Part shown: one piece after another, positions 18,210-25,524 of the stretch | Position numbering within the stretch: the stretch's first letter is position 1 | Layout: the number at the start of each line of letters is the position of its first letter | Assembly (NCBI GenBank): GCA_964487775.1 | Contig: CAZASH010000004.1 | Span: 19,631 to 83,630 of the forward strand | DNA length: 64,000 nt | Origin: an uncultured Ruminococcus sp. | GTDB taxonomy: Bacteria > Bacillota > Clostridia > Oscillospirales > CAG-382 | Direction: 5' to 3' | Made by a program: the position numbers and the translations under genes | The notes under the pieces: model-generated | The model's database searches: none | Seen by the model: the letters and a program-made list of their open reading frames with translations, nothing else | Told to the model about the DNA's origin: nothing

Positions 18210-18935
18210 TCAGAGCCTTTTGGTGATCTCCGCTCTTTGCGCTTCGTAATCTTCTTTGGTAATAATTTCAAGATTGAGCTTATAATTTAAAAGCCGAAGC
18301 TCAGATTCAGGATCGATTTTGTTGGTATCATTTTTCCTTTTACGCCATGCAATTCCGACAGGCGGAATTTTGTTTCCCGCAACAACAAAATTTAAAGCAA
18401 CATAAAGTGCTATGCGAGCTAACATGTAAGTGCCGTTTTCGAGTAAAAAAGAAATATGAGGATCTAAATAGTGCAGAAATATTAGATAGCGTAAAAAATC
18501 TATAAGCGCGACGACTGTCATAATTGCAGTCAAAAGCGCCTTATTCTTTAGCCACTTAAGAGTAAAAACTGCGGCTACCATTAATGTCACGAAAACAATA
18601 AATGGTCCAACAAAACGACACGCAATATAATAGAAATCAAACAAATAAAACAACCCGTTGAAATGTATGATGAACAAGATGGCTTCTAAAAGCGATTCGC
18701 ATGCAATCAAGGCAAAAATGATCGAAACGATGATGCTTGCCTTGCGTTTTTTATAAAAAACGAAAACATAGACGACGAGCAAAACGCATGGGATGATGCC
18801 AATCAGCTGCTGAAATGTATAGATACTTACACTTCGTAAATCGTATACAAAGCGAACTAACCTAAGCACAAGTGCGAGTATCGACAAAACTTTAATTGCA
18901 GTGCAATACTTTAATGGCTGACCTTTTTCTTGCAT
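18210..18935 (-). CDS. multi-pass membrane protein with C-terminal SHOCT domain
   Basis: 241 aa with about 6 hydrophobic helices, then the SHOCT-like tail LNLEIITKEDYEAQRAEITKRL. The DNA is AT-rich. Its start overlaps the upstream stop (TAATG). Confidence 0.6.
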   Translation of the reverse strand: MQEKGQPLKYCTAIKVLSILALVLRLVRFVYDLRSVSIYTFQQLIGIIPCVLLVVYVFVFYKKRKASIIVSIIFALIACESLLEAILFIIHFNGLFYLFDFYYIACRFVGPFIVFVTLMVAAVFTLKWLKNKALLTAIMTVVALIDFLRYLIFLHYLDPHISFLLENGTYMLARIALYVALNFVVAGNKIPPVGIAWRKRKNDTNKIDPESELRLLNYKLNLEIITKEDYEAQRAEITKRL

Positions 18936-19177
18936 TATGTATTTATCCCTTTCATTATATTTGACATCGCTTGCTGGTATTCTTCTTCAGTTATAAGATC
19001 ACGAGAACGAAGCTTGTTTATCTTATCGATTCTATCCGAGTCGATCTTTATACAGTGCCTCATACCACTCGTGCTGTCAACGAGTTCACCAAAGGCATAA
19101 ATAAGGCAACTGCTTATCCAGCTAATAATTGGTACAACAATAGCGGCAATAACCGAAATCCACCAGTATGGCGCCAA
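18935..19177 (-). CDS. small membrane protein with SHOCT domain (5' end uncertain)
   Basis: C-terminus is RSRDLITEEEYQQAMSNI. The track start is TTG 19177, but the frame stays open to 19354 and encodes another TM helix with no ATG/GTG/TTG (see findings). Confidence 0.5.
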   Translation of the reverse strand: MAPYWWISVIAAIVVPIISWISSCLIYAFGELVDSTSGMRHCIKIDSDRIDKINKLRSRDLITEEEYQQAMSNIMKGINT

Positions 19178-19411
19178 ATAGCTGTCAGATATTAGAACAA
19201 TAAAAGCGACTGCAGCGGAGCACCAAGCTATACCAATACTTATCCAACACGCCCACTTTGCAAAGTTTTTGAGTTTTTCGCCAATATCATCGAAATTGAA
19301 TATTCTGGAGATGATATTGTCTTCCTTTCTATACTTTTTATTAACCCTTTTGGGTTAATTATTTTCCCTCAAAAGAGGTAAAATCAATAAAAACCTTCAG
19401 GAGTTTCGGCA

Positions 19412-19654
19412 ATGAATGCTGGCGAGGCAACAAGACTGCGAATTAAAGAGCTGTGCTGCGAAAAGAATATCACCGTCAACAAGCTTTCTACGATCTGCGG
19501 CATAACGCAATCGACGCTCAACAACATAATCAGCGGCAGAAACAACAGCACCACAATATCCACCATCAAAAAGATCTGCGACGGGCTCGACATTTCGATA
19601 CAGGAGTTTTTTAATTCCGAGCTGTTTTCGAATTTAGAGCAGGAGATCAAATAA
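19412..19654 (+). CDS. XRE-family helix-turn-helix transcriptional regulator
   Basis: 80 aa with the Cro/C1 HTH pattern ITVNKLSTICGITQSTLNNIISGR. It is divergent from the SHOCT genes. Confidence 0.85.
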   Translation: MNAGEATRLRIKELCCEKNITVNKLSTICGITQSTLNNIISGRNNSTTISTIKKICDGLDISIQEFFNSELFSNLEQEIK

Positions 19655-19667
19655 AAAAGCATAAAAA

Positions 19668-19703
19668 CAAGAGCCTTGCGCGATGCAAGGCTCTTGATTT
19701 TTT
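19668..19703. terminator. bidirectional intrinsic terminator
   Basis: 12-bp stem CAAGAGCCTTGC / GCAAGGCTCTTG, with an A-run upstream and ATTTTTT downstream, between the convergent XRE and yitT-like genes. Confidence 0.8.
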
Positions 19704-19713
19704 GAAAACGGGT

Positions 19714-20598
19714 TTACAGGTCCTCTTCTTTGTGAGATCTGAAGCCCTCGCCGAGCACGGTGCTTGCCGACGAGATGATCATAAAGGCTCTTTCGTCCTC
19801 GTCTCTGACTATCTCGCGCACCTTGGGCAGGCTCTGCTTGTGGACGGCGGTCAGCAATACCTGCTTGCCGATGCCGCTGTATGCGCCCTTGCCGTCGAGC
19901 AGGGTGATGCCGCAATCGATGTCGTTCAGCAAACGCTCTGAAATCTTGCGATCGTTGGTCGAAATGATAAACACGAGCGCTGCGCCGTCGCTGCCGTAAA
20001 GCACGAGGTCGAGCAGCGTGGACTGTATCAAAACGACGAGTCCTGCATAAAATGCGACCCTCAGATCGCCGAAAACTATGCCGGATGCCGCAACAACTAC
20101 CGCATCGATCATCAAAAAGAACGTGCCTGTCTTGATATACTTATACTTGAGGCGCAGGAACTTTATAACAATATCTGTGCCGCCTGTGGTCGCTCCGTTT
20201 CTGAAAGCGAGTCCGATGCCGACAGACATCAGCGCCGCACCAACGGCAGCGTTGATAAACATATCGCCCTCGATGAGCGCTTTGCCTGCTGTAAATGCGG
20301 TCAGCACCTTGTCAAAAACAGCGATCATGCCGAGCATATACAGCGTTCGTATCGCCAATTTTTTGCCAAGCTTAAAAAAGGCGAGCAGCAAAAGCGGCGT
20401 GTTGAGCAAAAGTATCAAAATACCTGTGCTGAGCATTCCGCCGGTAACATGGCTGATTATGACAGATATACCCGATATGCCGCCGGGGGCAAGCTTGTTC
20501 GGGTCTAAAAACAGCGTTATGCCGCACGAATATATCGCTGCGCCGACAGTCAGCAGCAGATATGCTTTAACAGATTGCAAGACGGATTTTTTTGTCAT
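19714..20598 (-). CDS. YitT-family membrane protein (with C-terminal DUF2179-type domain)
   Basis: Start is ATG 20598 (MTKKSVLQS). It has YitT-like helices (GGISGISVII, GATTGGTDI) and a C-terminal soluble domain. Confidence 0.8.
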   Translation of the reverse strand: MTKKSVLQSVKAYLLLTVGAAIYSCGITLFLDPNKLAPGGISGISVIISHVTGGMLSTGILILLLNTPLLLLAFFKLGKKLAIRTLYMLGMIAVFDKVLTAFTAGKALIEGDMFINAAVGAALMSVGIGLAFRNGATTGGTDIVIKFLRLKYKYIKTGTFFLMIDAVVVAASGIVFGDLRVAFYAGLVVLIQSTLLDLVLYGSDGAALVFIISTNDRKISERLLNDIDCGITLLDGKGAYSGIGKQVLLTAVHKQSLPKVREIVRDEDERAFMIISSASTVLGEGFRSHKEEDL

Positions 20599-20627
20599 AA
20601 ATTGGCACCTCAAGCCGACACAAAAGA

Positions 20628-20652
20628 ATTTGCCGGACATTGTCCGGCAAAT
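20628..20652 (-). terminator. intrinsic terminator after rplL
   Basis: 12-bp stem ATTTGCCGGACA / TGTCCGGCAAAT, followed on the reverse strand by TTCTTTTG. Confidence 0.7.
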
Positions 20653-20673
20653 CTCAAAAAGCTATAAAAGCAA

Positions 20674-21051
20674 TTATTTAATGGTGACAGTAGCGCCAGC
20701 CTCTTCAAGAGCGGTCTTGAGCGACTCAGCTTCTTCCTTGGAGACACCGGTCTTAACAGCCTTAGGAGCGCTCATTACGAGATCCTTAGCTTCGCCGAGC
20801 GAAAGGCCAACTGCGTCCTTGACAGCCTTGATGACCTTGAGCTTCTTAGCTTCGTCATAAGAAGTGAGCTCAACGTCGAACTCGGTCTTCTCTTCTGCTG
20901 CGGGAGCAGCTTCGCCTGCGCCAGCGCCTGCGCCGCCTGCGACGACTGCAACAACGCCGAATTTGTCCTCGAGAGCCTTTACGAGCTCTGCGAGTTCGAG
21001 TATTTTAAGTTCGCTGATGGCATCAACGATGCCCTGAATTTTTTCGTTCAT
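20674..21051 (-). CDS. rplL: 50S ribosomal protein L7/L12
   Basis: 125 aa with an Ala/Gly hinge and the C-terminal domain [21 protein letters not shown]. Confidence 0.95.
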   Translation of the reverse strand: MNEKIQGIVDAISELKILELAELVKALEDKFGVVAVVAGGAGAGAGEAAPAAEEKTEFDVELTSYDEAKKLKVIKAVKDAVGLSLGEAKDLVMSAPKAVKTGVSKEEAESLKTALEEAGATVTIK

Positions 21052-21076
21052 TTTAATTCCTCCGATTTAAATAACT

Positions 21077-21598
21077 TTATGCCTCTTCGGCGTTTGCTGC
21101 GGGCTCGCCATTCTGCTCGATAATAGCGCGCAGAGCGAGAACCAACTTGAAGTAGGGTGCCTGAACAGAACCCATGAGTTTGCCGATGAGCTGCTCTTTG
21201 CTGGGTGTAGCAGCGAGCGCCTCGACAGCCTTTTTGTCAACGACTTCGCCGTCAACAAAGCCTGCTTTAACAGTAAATTTGTCGTTCTTTGAAGCAAATT
21301 CGCAAAGTATCTTTGCAGCGATAACAGCGTCATCATGGCTGATGGCGATAGCAGTCATGCCCTCGAGCTCGGGTTTAAGAGCTTCGAAGCCGACTTTGTC
21401 GCAAGCCTTGCTGATAAGAGTATTTTTGATGACCGAATACTGTACGCCTGCCTCACGGAGCTTTTTGCGCAGTGCGGTGTCGTCTGCAACGGTTATGCCC
21501 TGATAGTTGACCAGGACGCCGGCAGCGGCGGTCTGCATGCTCTCAGCAAGCTCGGCAACGATCTTTTGCTTTTGTTCAAGGATTGTTGCGTTTGCCAA
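21077..21598 (-). CDS. rplJ: 50S ribosomal protein L10
   Basis: 173 aa with a TTG start and SD AAAGGAGG. Its position and sequence (...VNYQGITVADDTALRKKLREAG...) are typical of L10. Confidence 0.95.
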   Translation of the reverse strand: MANATILEQKQKIVAELAESMQTAAAGVLVNYQGITVADDTALRKKLREAGVQYSVIKNTLISKACDKVGFEALKPELEGMTAIAISHDDAVIAAKILCEFASKNDKFTVKAGFVDGEVVDKKAVEALAATPSKEQLIGKLMGSVQAPYFKLVLALRAIIEQNGEPAANAEEA

Positions 21599-21774
21599 AA
21601 TAGGACCTCCTTTAGCTTATTGACATCAGAGCATTTAAAAAGCTCCCGTGCCGCAATAGGCCGGGAGCGTGTTGACACAATTATATATAATAAGTAGTCA
21701 AACATCCTCGGCGGGCGGCGAAAAGCCATTAAACATAAATGCCTGCTGTCTTTGGAAAATTATCACCGACAGCG
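21599..21774 (-). promoter_or_regulatory. rplJ 5' leader with attenuator hairpin (L10-leader-like)
   Basis: The leader is about 175 nt between an internal promoter and rplJ. It contains the hairpin GCTCCCG...CGGGAGC followed by TTTTT (21641-21668, reverse strand). Confidence 0.5.
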
Positions 21775-21803
21775 ATGATACCACAGATATCACCGCTTGT
21801 CAA
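21775..21803 (-). promoter_or_regulatory. internal sigma-A promoter upstream of rplJ-rplL
   Basis: The reverse strand reads TTGACA (21803-21798), a 17-nt spacer, then TATCAT (21780-21775). Confidence 0.6.
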
Positions 21804-21822
21804 GTGTTTTTTTAAAATATTT

Positions 21823-22518
21823 TTAGCCCGAGATCTTAGATGCGTTGATCTTGATGCCGGGGCCCATGGTCGATGCGATAACGCAGGACTTGATATACTG
21901 GCCCTTTGCTGCTGCGGGCTTAGCCTTGATGATAGCAGCGAGCAGAGTGTCGAAGTTCTCCTGCAGCTTTTCAGCACCGAACGAGATCTTGCCGATAGGG
22001 CAGTGAATGATGTTGGTCTTGTCGAGACGATACTCGATCTTACCTGCTTTAGCCTCGGTAACAGCACGTGCAACGTCGGGAGTGACGGTGCCGGCCTTGG
22101 GGTTAGGCATTAAGCCCTTAGGGCCGAGCACGCGGCCGAGCTTGCCGATAACACCCATCATGTCGGGCGAAGCGATAACTATATCAAAATCAAACCAGTT
22201 CTCCTGCTGGATCTTTGCCACGAGATCCTCAGCACCGACATAATCAGAGCCGGCGTCGAGGGCGGCTTTAGCCTTGTCACCCTTGGCGAAAACGAGCGTG
22301 CGAACCTTTTTGCCTGTGCCGTTGGGCAGAACGACTGCGCCTCTGACCTGTTGGTCTGCGTGGCGGCTGTCGACGCCGAGACGGACGTGGACTTCTACGG
22401 TCTCGTCGAATTTGGCTTTTGACATCGAGCAAGCGAGAGCGAGAGCCTCGTTGCTGTCATAGATCTTGGATTTTTCGATAGATGCAATTGCGTTGCGGTA
22501 ATTCTTGCCTCTTTTCAT
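21823..22518 (-). CDS. rplA: 50S ribosomal protein L1
   Basis: 231 aa with typical L1 sequence (...[14 protein letters not shown]....DQ.VRG...LP.GTGK...). Confidence 0.95.
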   Translation of the reverse strand: MKRGKNYRNAIASIEKSKIYDSNEALALACSMSKAKFDETVEVHVRLGVDSRHADQQVRGAVVLPNGTGKKVRTLVFAKGDKAKAALDAGSDYVGAEDLVAKIQQENWFDFDIVIASPDMMGVIGKLGRVLGPKGLMPNPKAGTVTPDVARAVTEAKAGKIEYRLDKTNIIHCPIGKISFGAEKLQENFDTLLAAIIKAKPAAAKGQYIKSCVIASTMGPGIKINASKISG

Positions 22519-22532
22519 CTTAAACGCCCTCC

Positions 22533-22958
22533 TTAATCAACAACTGTAACGCCCATCGAGCGTGCAGTGCCGGCTATCATGCTCATTGCGGTCTCAATGC
22601 TTGCTGCGTTGAGGTCGGGCATTTTGGTCTCGGCGATCTTTCTGATCTGCTCTTGGGTGATAGTAGCGACTTTGTTCTTGTTGGGCTCGCCCGATGCGCG
22701 ATCGATGCCGCAAGCCTTTTTGATCAGGACTGCTGCGGGCGGAGTCTTTGTGATGAAAGTAAAGGTGTGGTCGGCGTAAACAGTGATGACGACGGGGATG
22801 ATAAGTCCGATGTCGTTCTTGGTACGCTCGTTAAAATCCTTGGTGAACAGAGGGATAGCAACACCATACTGACCGAGGGCAGGGCCTACGGGAGGCTGCG
22901 GAGTTGCTTTGCCTGCAGGAAGCTGCAGCTTGATATAACCTAAAACTTTTTTTGCCAT
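22533..22958 (-). CDS. rplK: 50S ribosomal protein L11
   Basis: Start is ATG 22958 ([30 protein letters not shown]), with SD GGAGGTG. The track ORF has a spurious 34-aa N-terminal extension. Confidence 0.95.
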   Translation of the reverse strand: MAKKVLGYIKLQLPAGKATPQPPVGPALGQYGVAIPLFTKDFNERTKNDIGLIIPVVITVYADHTFTFITKTPPAAVLIKKACGIDRASGEPNKNKVATITQEQIRKIAETKMPDLNAASIETAMSMIAGTARSMGVTVVD

Positions 22959-23091
22959 TGTAAAATACACCTCCATGTGGTAAATATTCGGGGGATCTGT
23001 CCCCCTCCCACTTATTAAGCCCCATATCGCGGGGCAGCGTGTCCGCGCCGCAGTCGGCAAACAAAGCGGTGCGGGGATCTGAAATCAGGGC

Positions 23092-23628
23092 TTATTGCTC
23101 TATGGGCAGGACCTGTGTGACGTCGAGATCGACGCTGGTCTCTCTGCCGAACATCGATGCAACGACAGTGACCTTGGTCTTGTCCTCTGAAATGCTCTCG
23201 ACCACTCCGATAAATCCGTTGAGCGGACCGTCGCATATTCTGACGCTGTCGCCAACGCCGAATTTGATCTCAATGACCTTGACTTCAACACCGAGAGCTT
23301 CGACTTCTGCCTCGCTCAGCGGCACGGGTTTTGATCCGGGGCCTACGAAGCCCGTGACACCCGTTGAATTTCGTATGATGTGCCATGTCATATCGTTCAT
23401 GACCATCTTGACGAAAACATAGCTGGGATAAATTTTGCGTTCGATTTCCTTTGTGCCCTTTTCGGTCGTCTCGGTGACGATCTCGGTAGGAATCTTGACC
23501 GAGAGTATCAGGTCGCCGAGACCGCGGTTTTCAACGATCTTCTCGATGTTTGATGCGACCTTGTTTTCATATCCGGTATAGGTGTGTACCACATACCAAT
23601 ATGGCAACTTTTCATTTGGTAAACTCAT
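23092..23628 (-). CDS. nusG: transcription termination/antitermination factor NusG
   Basis: 178 aa with NGN (WYVVHTYTGYENKV) and KOW (GDSVRICDGPLNGFIGVVE) domains. Confidence 0.95.
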   Translation of the reverse strand: MSLPNEKLPYWYVVHTYTGYENKVASNIEKIVENRGLGDLILSVKIPTEIVTETTEKGTKEIERKIYPSYVFVKMVMNDMTWHIIRNSTGVTGFVGPGSKPVPLSEAEVEALGVEVKVIEIKFGVGDSVRICDGPLNGFIGVVESISEDKTKVTVVASMFGRETSVDLDVTQVLPIEQ

Positions 23629-23654
23629 GTTAACCCTACCTCAAAAAGCAAAAC

Positions 23655-24227
23655 TTAAATGTTGACGAGCAGGTTGATAAGCGAGCTGAATGCCCAGTCG
23701 AGCAGGCCGAGAACGGCTGCAGCGGCGATGAGGACTACCAGCACGAGTGCTGTCTGCTTGAGCAGGTCCTTGGGTCCAAGCCAGGTTATCTTTTTGAATT
23801 CGCTCTTATAATCGCGCAGGAATTTGCTGATGCGCTGTCCAAACGGATTGTCTACCTTGACACAGATGATGCAGACGACCACGAAGATCAGGCACAGACC
23901 GAGGAAGACGAAGAGTCCCCAGGGGGTCTTGCTGCCGGTCGAAGCGGTATCGGTGCTCGAGGTGTCGGAAGTAGTTGCGCTCGTTGTGGACGAGACATCT
24001 GATGTGTCTGACTCATCGGCTTTTGAAGCGTCCTCAGAAGCGTCCTTTGAAGCATCCTCGGATGCGTCCTCAGAAGCGTCGTCAGAGGTCTCGGCTTCGC
24101 TGACGACCGATTCGGTCGAAGCGTTGTCGACACTCTCTTGCGAAGCCTCTTCGGCAAAAGCACCAAAGCAGCAGAGCGACAGCACCACGATCAGAGCCAG
24201 CAGAGAAGCCACTAATCTTTTTGTCAT
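23655..24227 (-). CDS. secE: preprotein translocase subunit SecE with long N-terminal extension
   Basis: The C-terminal 60 aa (ISKFLRDYKSEFKKITWLGPKDLLKQTALVLVVLIAAAAVLG) form the SecE core. They are preceded by a signal-like TM, a ~100-aa Asp/Ser/Glu/Thr-rich region and a second TM. Start is ATG 24227, with SD AAGGAGG. Confidence 0.85.
   Translation of the reverse strand: MTKRLVASLLALIVVLSLCCFGAFAEEASQESVDNASTESVVSEAETSDDASEDASEDASKDASEDASKADESDTSDVSSTTSATTSDTSSTDTASTGSKTPWGLFVFLGLCLIFVVVCIICVKVDNPFGQRISKFLRDYKSEFKKITWLGPKDLLKQTALVLVVLIAAAAVLGLLDWAFSSLINLLVNI
24025..24084. repeat. 12-bp tandem repeat x5 inside secE
   Basis: Plus-strand units are GAAGCGTCCTCA / GAAGCGTCCTTT / GAAGCATCCTCG / GATGCGTCCTCA / GAAGCGTCGTCA. 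They encode (E/K)DAS repeats. Confidence 0.85.
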
Positions 24228-24237
24228 GATGGCCTCC

Positions 24238-24387
24238 TTATTTGCTCTCTTTGTGCAGCGTGTGCTTGCGGCAGAATCTGCAATACTTTTTGATCTCGAG
24301 TCTGTCAGGGTCGTTCTTTTTGTTTTTGGTGGTGTCATAGTTGCGCTGTTTGCACTCGGTGCAAACGAAAGTGATCTTGACTCTCAT
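24238..24387 (-). CDS. rpmG: 50S ribosomal protein L33
   Basis: This gene is not in the ORF track because it is under 60 aa. Manual translation gives [49 protein letters not shown], with SD GGAGGT. Confidence 0.9.
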   Translation of the reverse strand: MRVKITFVCTECKQRNYDTTKNKKNDPDRLEIKKYCRFCRKHTLHKESK

Positions 24388-24519
24388 TTTACGGTACCTC
24401 CATTTTTGTTACCTCCCTCCGAGTTTGAAGGCAGGAATGCTGCAAAAGCGTTATGGCGGAGGAAATCGAGTGCCGCCTTTTGCTCACAACAAAAAAACCC
24501 CAAACACAGAGGTAAAGTT

Positions 24520-24548
24520 ATTATAACAGTCATAAATGCTTTTGTCAA
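24520..24548 (-). promoter_or_regulatory. sigma-A promoter of the rpmG-secE-nusG operon (perfect consensus)
   Basis: The reverse strand reads TTGACA (24548-24543), a 17-nt spacer, then TATAAT (24525-24520). Confidence 0.7.
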
Positions 24549-24569
24549 GCACTTTTTCGAAAAATATGC

Positions 24570-24650
24570 TAAAAAAGCAGAGAAAGATCCTCGCCGCATC
24601 TTCACGGCGAGGATCCTCGAGCCTCTTGAAGTTTGTTGGCATTCAAGAGG
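24570..24650 (-). terminator. tandem hairpins / intrinsic terminator after the esterase gene
   Basis: Hairpin CCTCTTGAA...TTCAAGAGG lies at 24622-24650. An 11-bp hairpin GATCCTCGCCG...CGGCGAGGATC lies at 24586-24615 and is followed on the reverse strand by TTTCTCTGCTTTTTT. Confidence 0.7.
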
Positions 24651-24660
24651 ATCTGTGAAA

Positions 24661-25524
24661 TTATATTTTCTGCTTGCTTATGCCAAAGACACGGTTGTCG
24701 AGCCAATCTATCGACATGTCAAACCACTTTGCGACGTCGGGCAGGATATATGCGCGGTCGGTATCCCAATCGGGTGCGGACTGCCAGTCTGAAAGTGCGA
24801 GTCCGTGTCTGCCGTGGGGGAATATGTGCAATTCATAAGGTATCTTTTTGTCGGCGAGTGCCTTTGCGATGAGCAGCGAATTCTGTGCGGGCACTGCATC
24901 GTCGGACATGGTCGTCCAGATGAACATGGGAGGGCAGGACTCGGTCACACGGTTTTCGAGCGAGGCATCAAATATCGCCTTTTCGTCGACATCCTTGCCA
25001 AGCAGGGCATCAAATGAGCCCCTGTGCGCATATACTCCGCCGGTGACGACGGGATAGCAGAGCACTGCGGCGTTGACCTTGATAGAAGCGCTGTCTGCTT
25101 TGAGCGCATCGCAAAGCCACTGCTCGGTGTAAGAGGTGGCGATGAAGCCTGCGAGGTGTCCGCCTGCCGAAAAGCCTATGACGGCTATGCGATCCTCGTC
25201 GTTGTTGTGCTCGACAGCGTGGTCACGCGCATATTTGACTGCGGCGGCCGCATCGAGCAGGGGATTGTTGCGCTCACATCTGCCCGAGCCTACGGTATAA
25301 TTGCAGACATATGCGTTATAGCCCTTTGAATAATAGGAAACCGCAATGCATTCTGCCTCTCTGCGTGACGTAAATTCATAGCCGCCGCCGGGAAATACCA
25401 CCATAACAGGTCTTTTGCGCTTTGTTATCTCAGAATAAGGCTCGTGGATATAGCACTCTATCGTGACCTCGTCCGAATATTTATGACACGGGCTCTGATA
25501 GAGCTTTTCAGTCTTGACTGTCAT
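24661..25524 (-). CDS. alpha/beta hydrolase (esterase/lipase, acetyl-esterase-like)
   Basis: 287 aa with oxyanion-type PGGGY, the nucleophile elbow GFSAGGH, and a late HIFPHGRHG histidine. Confidence 0.85.
   Translation of the reverse strand: MTVKTEKLYQSPCHKYSDEVTIECYIHEPYSEITKRKRPVMVVFPGGGYEFTSRREAECIAVSYYSKGYNAYVCNYTVGSGRCERNNPLLDAAAAVKYARDHAVEHNNDEDRIAVIGFSAGGHLAGFIATSYTEQWLCDALKADSASIKVNAAVLCYPVVTGGVYAHRGSFDALLGKDVDEKAIFDASLENRVTESCPPMFIWTTMSDDAVPAQNSLLIAKALADKKIPYELHIFPHGRHGLALSDWQSAPDWDTDRAYILPDVAKWFDMSIDWLDNRVFGISKQKI

Noticed and set aside
24025-24084. Short regularly spaced repeats considered as a possible CRISPR-like or regulatory array
   Set aside because: The units are contiguous 12-mers with no spacers. 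They lie inside the secE reading frame and encode an in-frame peptide repeat. No CRISPR array exists anywhere in the window.
24388-24410. 4-codon mini-ORF (ATG GAG GTA CCG TAA) ending 1 nt before the rpmG ATG
   Set aside because: The mini-ORF simply contains the rpmG Shine-Dalgarno (GGAGGT). Nothing suggests it is more than a chance ATG in the 5' UTR.
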